Shown piece by piece: positions 61,900 to 64,000 of a stretch of 64,000 nt of DNA. The translations under genes and the position numbers were made by a program. Within the stretch, counting starts at the first letter, position 1; each line of letters starts with the position of its first letter. Location: NCBI GenBank assembly GCA_965153285.1, contig OZ229114.1; one strand, 5' to 3'. This stretch comes from Podarcis tiliguerta (taxonomy: Eukaryota). The notes below the pieces were generated by a model. The model did no database searches. It worked only from the letters and a program-made list of their open reading frames with translations, and had not been told where the DNA came from.

Positions 61900-64000
61900 T
61901 ATTTTCTCCTATATGTTATAGGCAATAGATAATTACCTACTTAATATAGAGGGTAAATATGTGCTGGCAGGACATGCTGCACAACAGTAAGGGGCCTAAA
62001 CTTAACGATGGGTGTAACCATGATATAAAACACAGTTGCTCCTTAAAACAAGGGTGCGCCAAAGGCATGTGAAATGCTTGAATCAGCTGCTTTTCAACTT
62101 CTTTCAACTTTCAGCGAGGGATGCCAAATATTATTTTTTTATAGTGAGGAAGGGCAAGATGAAAGGTTAAATTAAGCATATCAACTTCTAACTTTTTCTG
62201 GAAAAAAGAATTGTTTGATTGCTTCTAGTTCCTACTGGAGTGGTGAAATGAGAAACACTAGCCTTACAGTAGGATAAAAAATATCCTCAAGCAAGGTTTG
62301 CTTTCTTATATTTCTTGGCCAAATTTACAGCCAAGAAGCCCTGAGTGGCCACTCTTGATAGAGAAAGTATTTGGAACAAAGTGAAGATAAAGCAGAATTC
62401 TGCTTATGCATTTCTGTATAGTCAATTCTAACCCAGCAGGCGGGGGTGGTTCAGAATGCAAATTCTCCCAGTTCAGAATGCCTTACTCCAACAGAAATTG
62501 AGTCCAGACTTTTCTGAATGTTGGGCCTGAGCTTGTATTGTTGTTTGTACTACCAACAGCAGCCTGACCCCTCTCCCATTACAGACACTTTACTGGGAGT
62601 AGACAAGGGTCAATAGCAATGTTATGAGCAAATTATTTCTCTCCCTGCCTTACTTCCACTGAGGTGCCTAGAACACTGCAAAAACAGCATCCCAGACACA
62701 GGATCCTTGGGAAATCATTGCAGAATTCTAGGCACTCCAAGAGACGGAAGAGTGTCAGACAAAGACATTGGGTGCTGTTGTCCACTGCCAGGAAAGTTTG
62801 GGAGAATGGAAGGGAAAAAAGTAAAGAGTGTCAGTCAATCTATTCACTTTTTTGCAATATTTCCTTGCAAGTTCTTGAAAAGGCTTGAAAGTGTTTTTTA
62901 AAGAGCTTGCAAGGAGCAATAAAAAAATGAGCTAGAAGTGAGACAAGATAAGGGGAGCCTACCCATTAATAGTCAGCAGTAGAAAGGCCTTCAGTTTCTG
63001 TAATGTCGGCAGTGAGGCAGAGAGATAGGGAAGAGATGCTTGCATCAAAAAGTCCATAATATAACCAACCAAAATAAAGCACAACATACTTGTTTACTTG
63101 TCACATGTTTCTTGGGGGGGGGGGCGCAGTAGCTTTTATGCCTATTAAAGCAAGTACAGTTTGTTCCCTACTTGAATCCATCATAAATATCTCACACAAC
63201 TATTATTATGCAGGTGGGGAATTTCAAGGGAAACAAAACATTTTGTTTACCACTTCAGTAGGAACTGTGCTTTACATCTATGTGGGCTGTGCAGTCCTCA
63301 GACTGCAGCTCGTGACTGAACAGGGCTCCATCTATGCAATTAATTAATTGTGCCATTGTTGTCATATTCCTTTGTTGCTTGATCTACAAAGGTTGCAAGG
63401 GCAACTTTCAACAAATGCACAGAAGTAAAAAGTAAAATGATCACACATTAAGTCCCAACAAGTGAACCACCTCCCTTTACCAACTGCATTAACATGATGA
63501 CCATTAAAAACAGTGTTCTTGCACAAGAAAAAATAAACTTCGCAAGAAAAAATAAGCTAAGAATCAAATGCATGGGAGTAGAATGGGGTGATGAACCTCA
63601 AGGTCATGGGCCTGCCAAGCCTCCACATTTGACACACAAGCTCATTTTGACCAAACCATGCCTACCTGCCTCATACCTGATACCCTATGTCCATCTATCA
63701 ATATCTAAAAGACCACAGCTGCTGCTGCTGCTGTATTGCTGCTAAGAAGAAAACAAAGCACCATACTGTCAACTTGAAAGCCATCATAGGTTCTTTTGCA
63801 GGGTTCTCCCTCCTCTTCTCATTAACTTTGCAATTGGCAGCATGTATGTTACCAACCACATGGTGCGTTCCATTATATGCTGACTAGGCTTTAACAAGCC
63901 TCAGCTTGCGAGTCGGCAAACTATGCGCCCAGATTAGAAGCAACACAGGGCTCAATTTTAACTGTTTATAGACTACTGTAAATTTCATTAGTATATTAAC

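Noticed and set aside
62000-64000. GPR87 exons or promoter
   Set aside because: Expected by synteny, but no coding sequence or convincing exon is recognisable within the window

Overview
Vertebrate genomic DNA, most likely a lacertid-type lizard, judging from the Sauria/Squam1 SINEs, CR1/L2 LINEs and TA-flanked MITEs. The minus strand carries 27 consecutive coding exons of MED12L (Mediator kinase-module subunit 12-like), from 45355 down to 700. I read these by hand; they join in frame to 4140 nt / 1380 aa. The last exons lie left of the window and the 5' exons lie right of it. Positions 45356-64000 are one large MED12L intron that hosts, on the + strand, the intact single-coding-exon GPCR genes P2RY12 (51873-52874) and P2RY13 (59773-60783). 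This is the known nested antisense purinergic-receptor cluster. I found no wholly new gene system. The most notable details are in splicing and regulation. In splicing: one clear GC-AG intron, a second donor with no GT at the expected place, an exon starting with a consensus 5' splice site (recursive-splicing candidate) and a NAGNAG acceptor. There is also a Q16 tract. In regulation: candidate PU.1/IRF8 promoters for the nested receptors, a GATA-array/ETS/RUNX cluster, a CTCF site, and a CpG-rich nested element with NRF1-like repeats. Exon numbers follow my recollection of the human gene structure and are unverified. Repeat boundaries are approximate.
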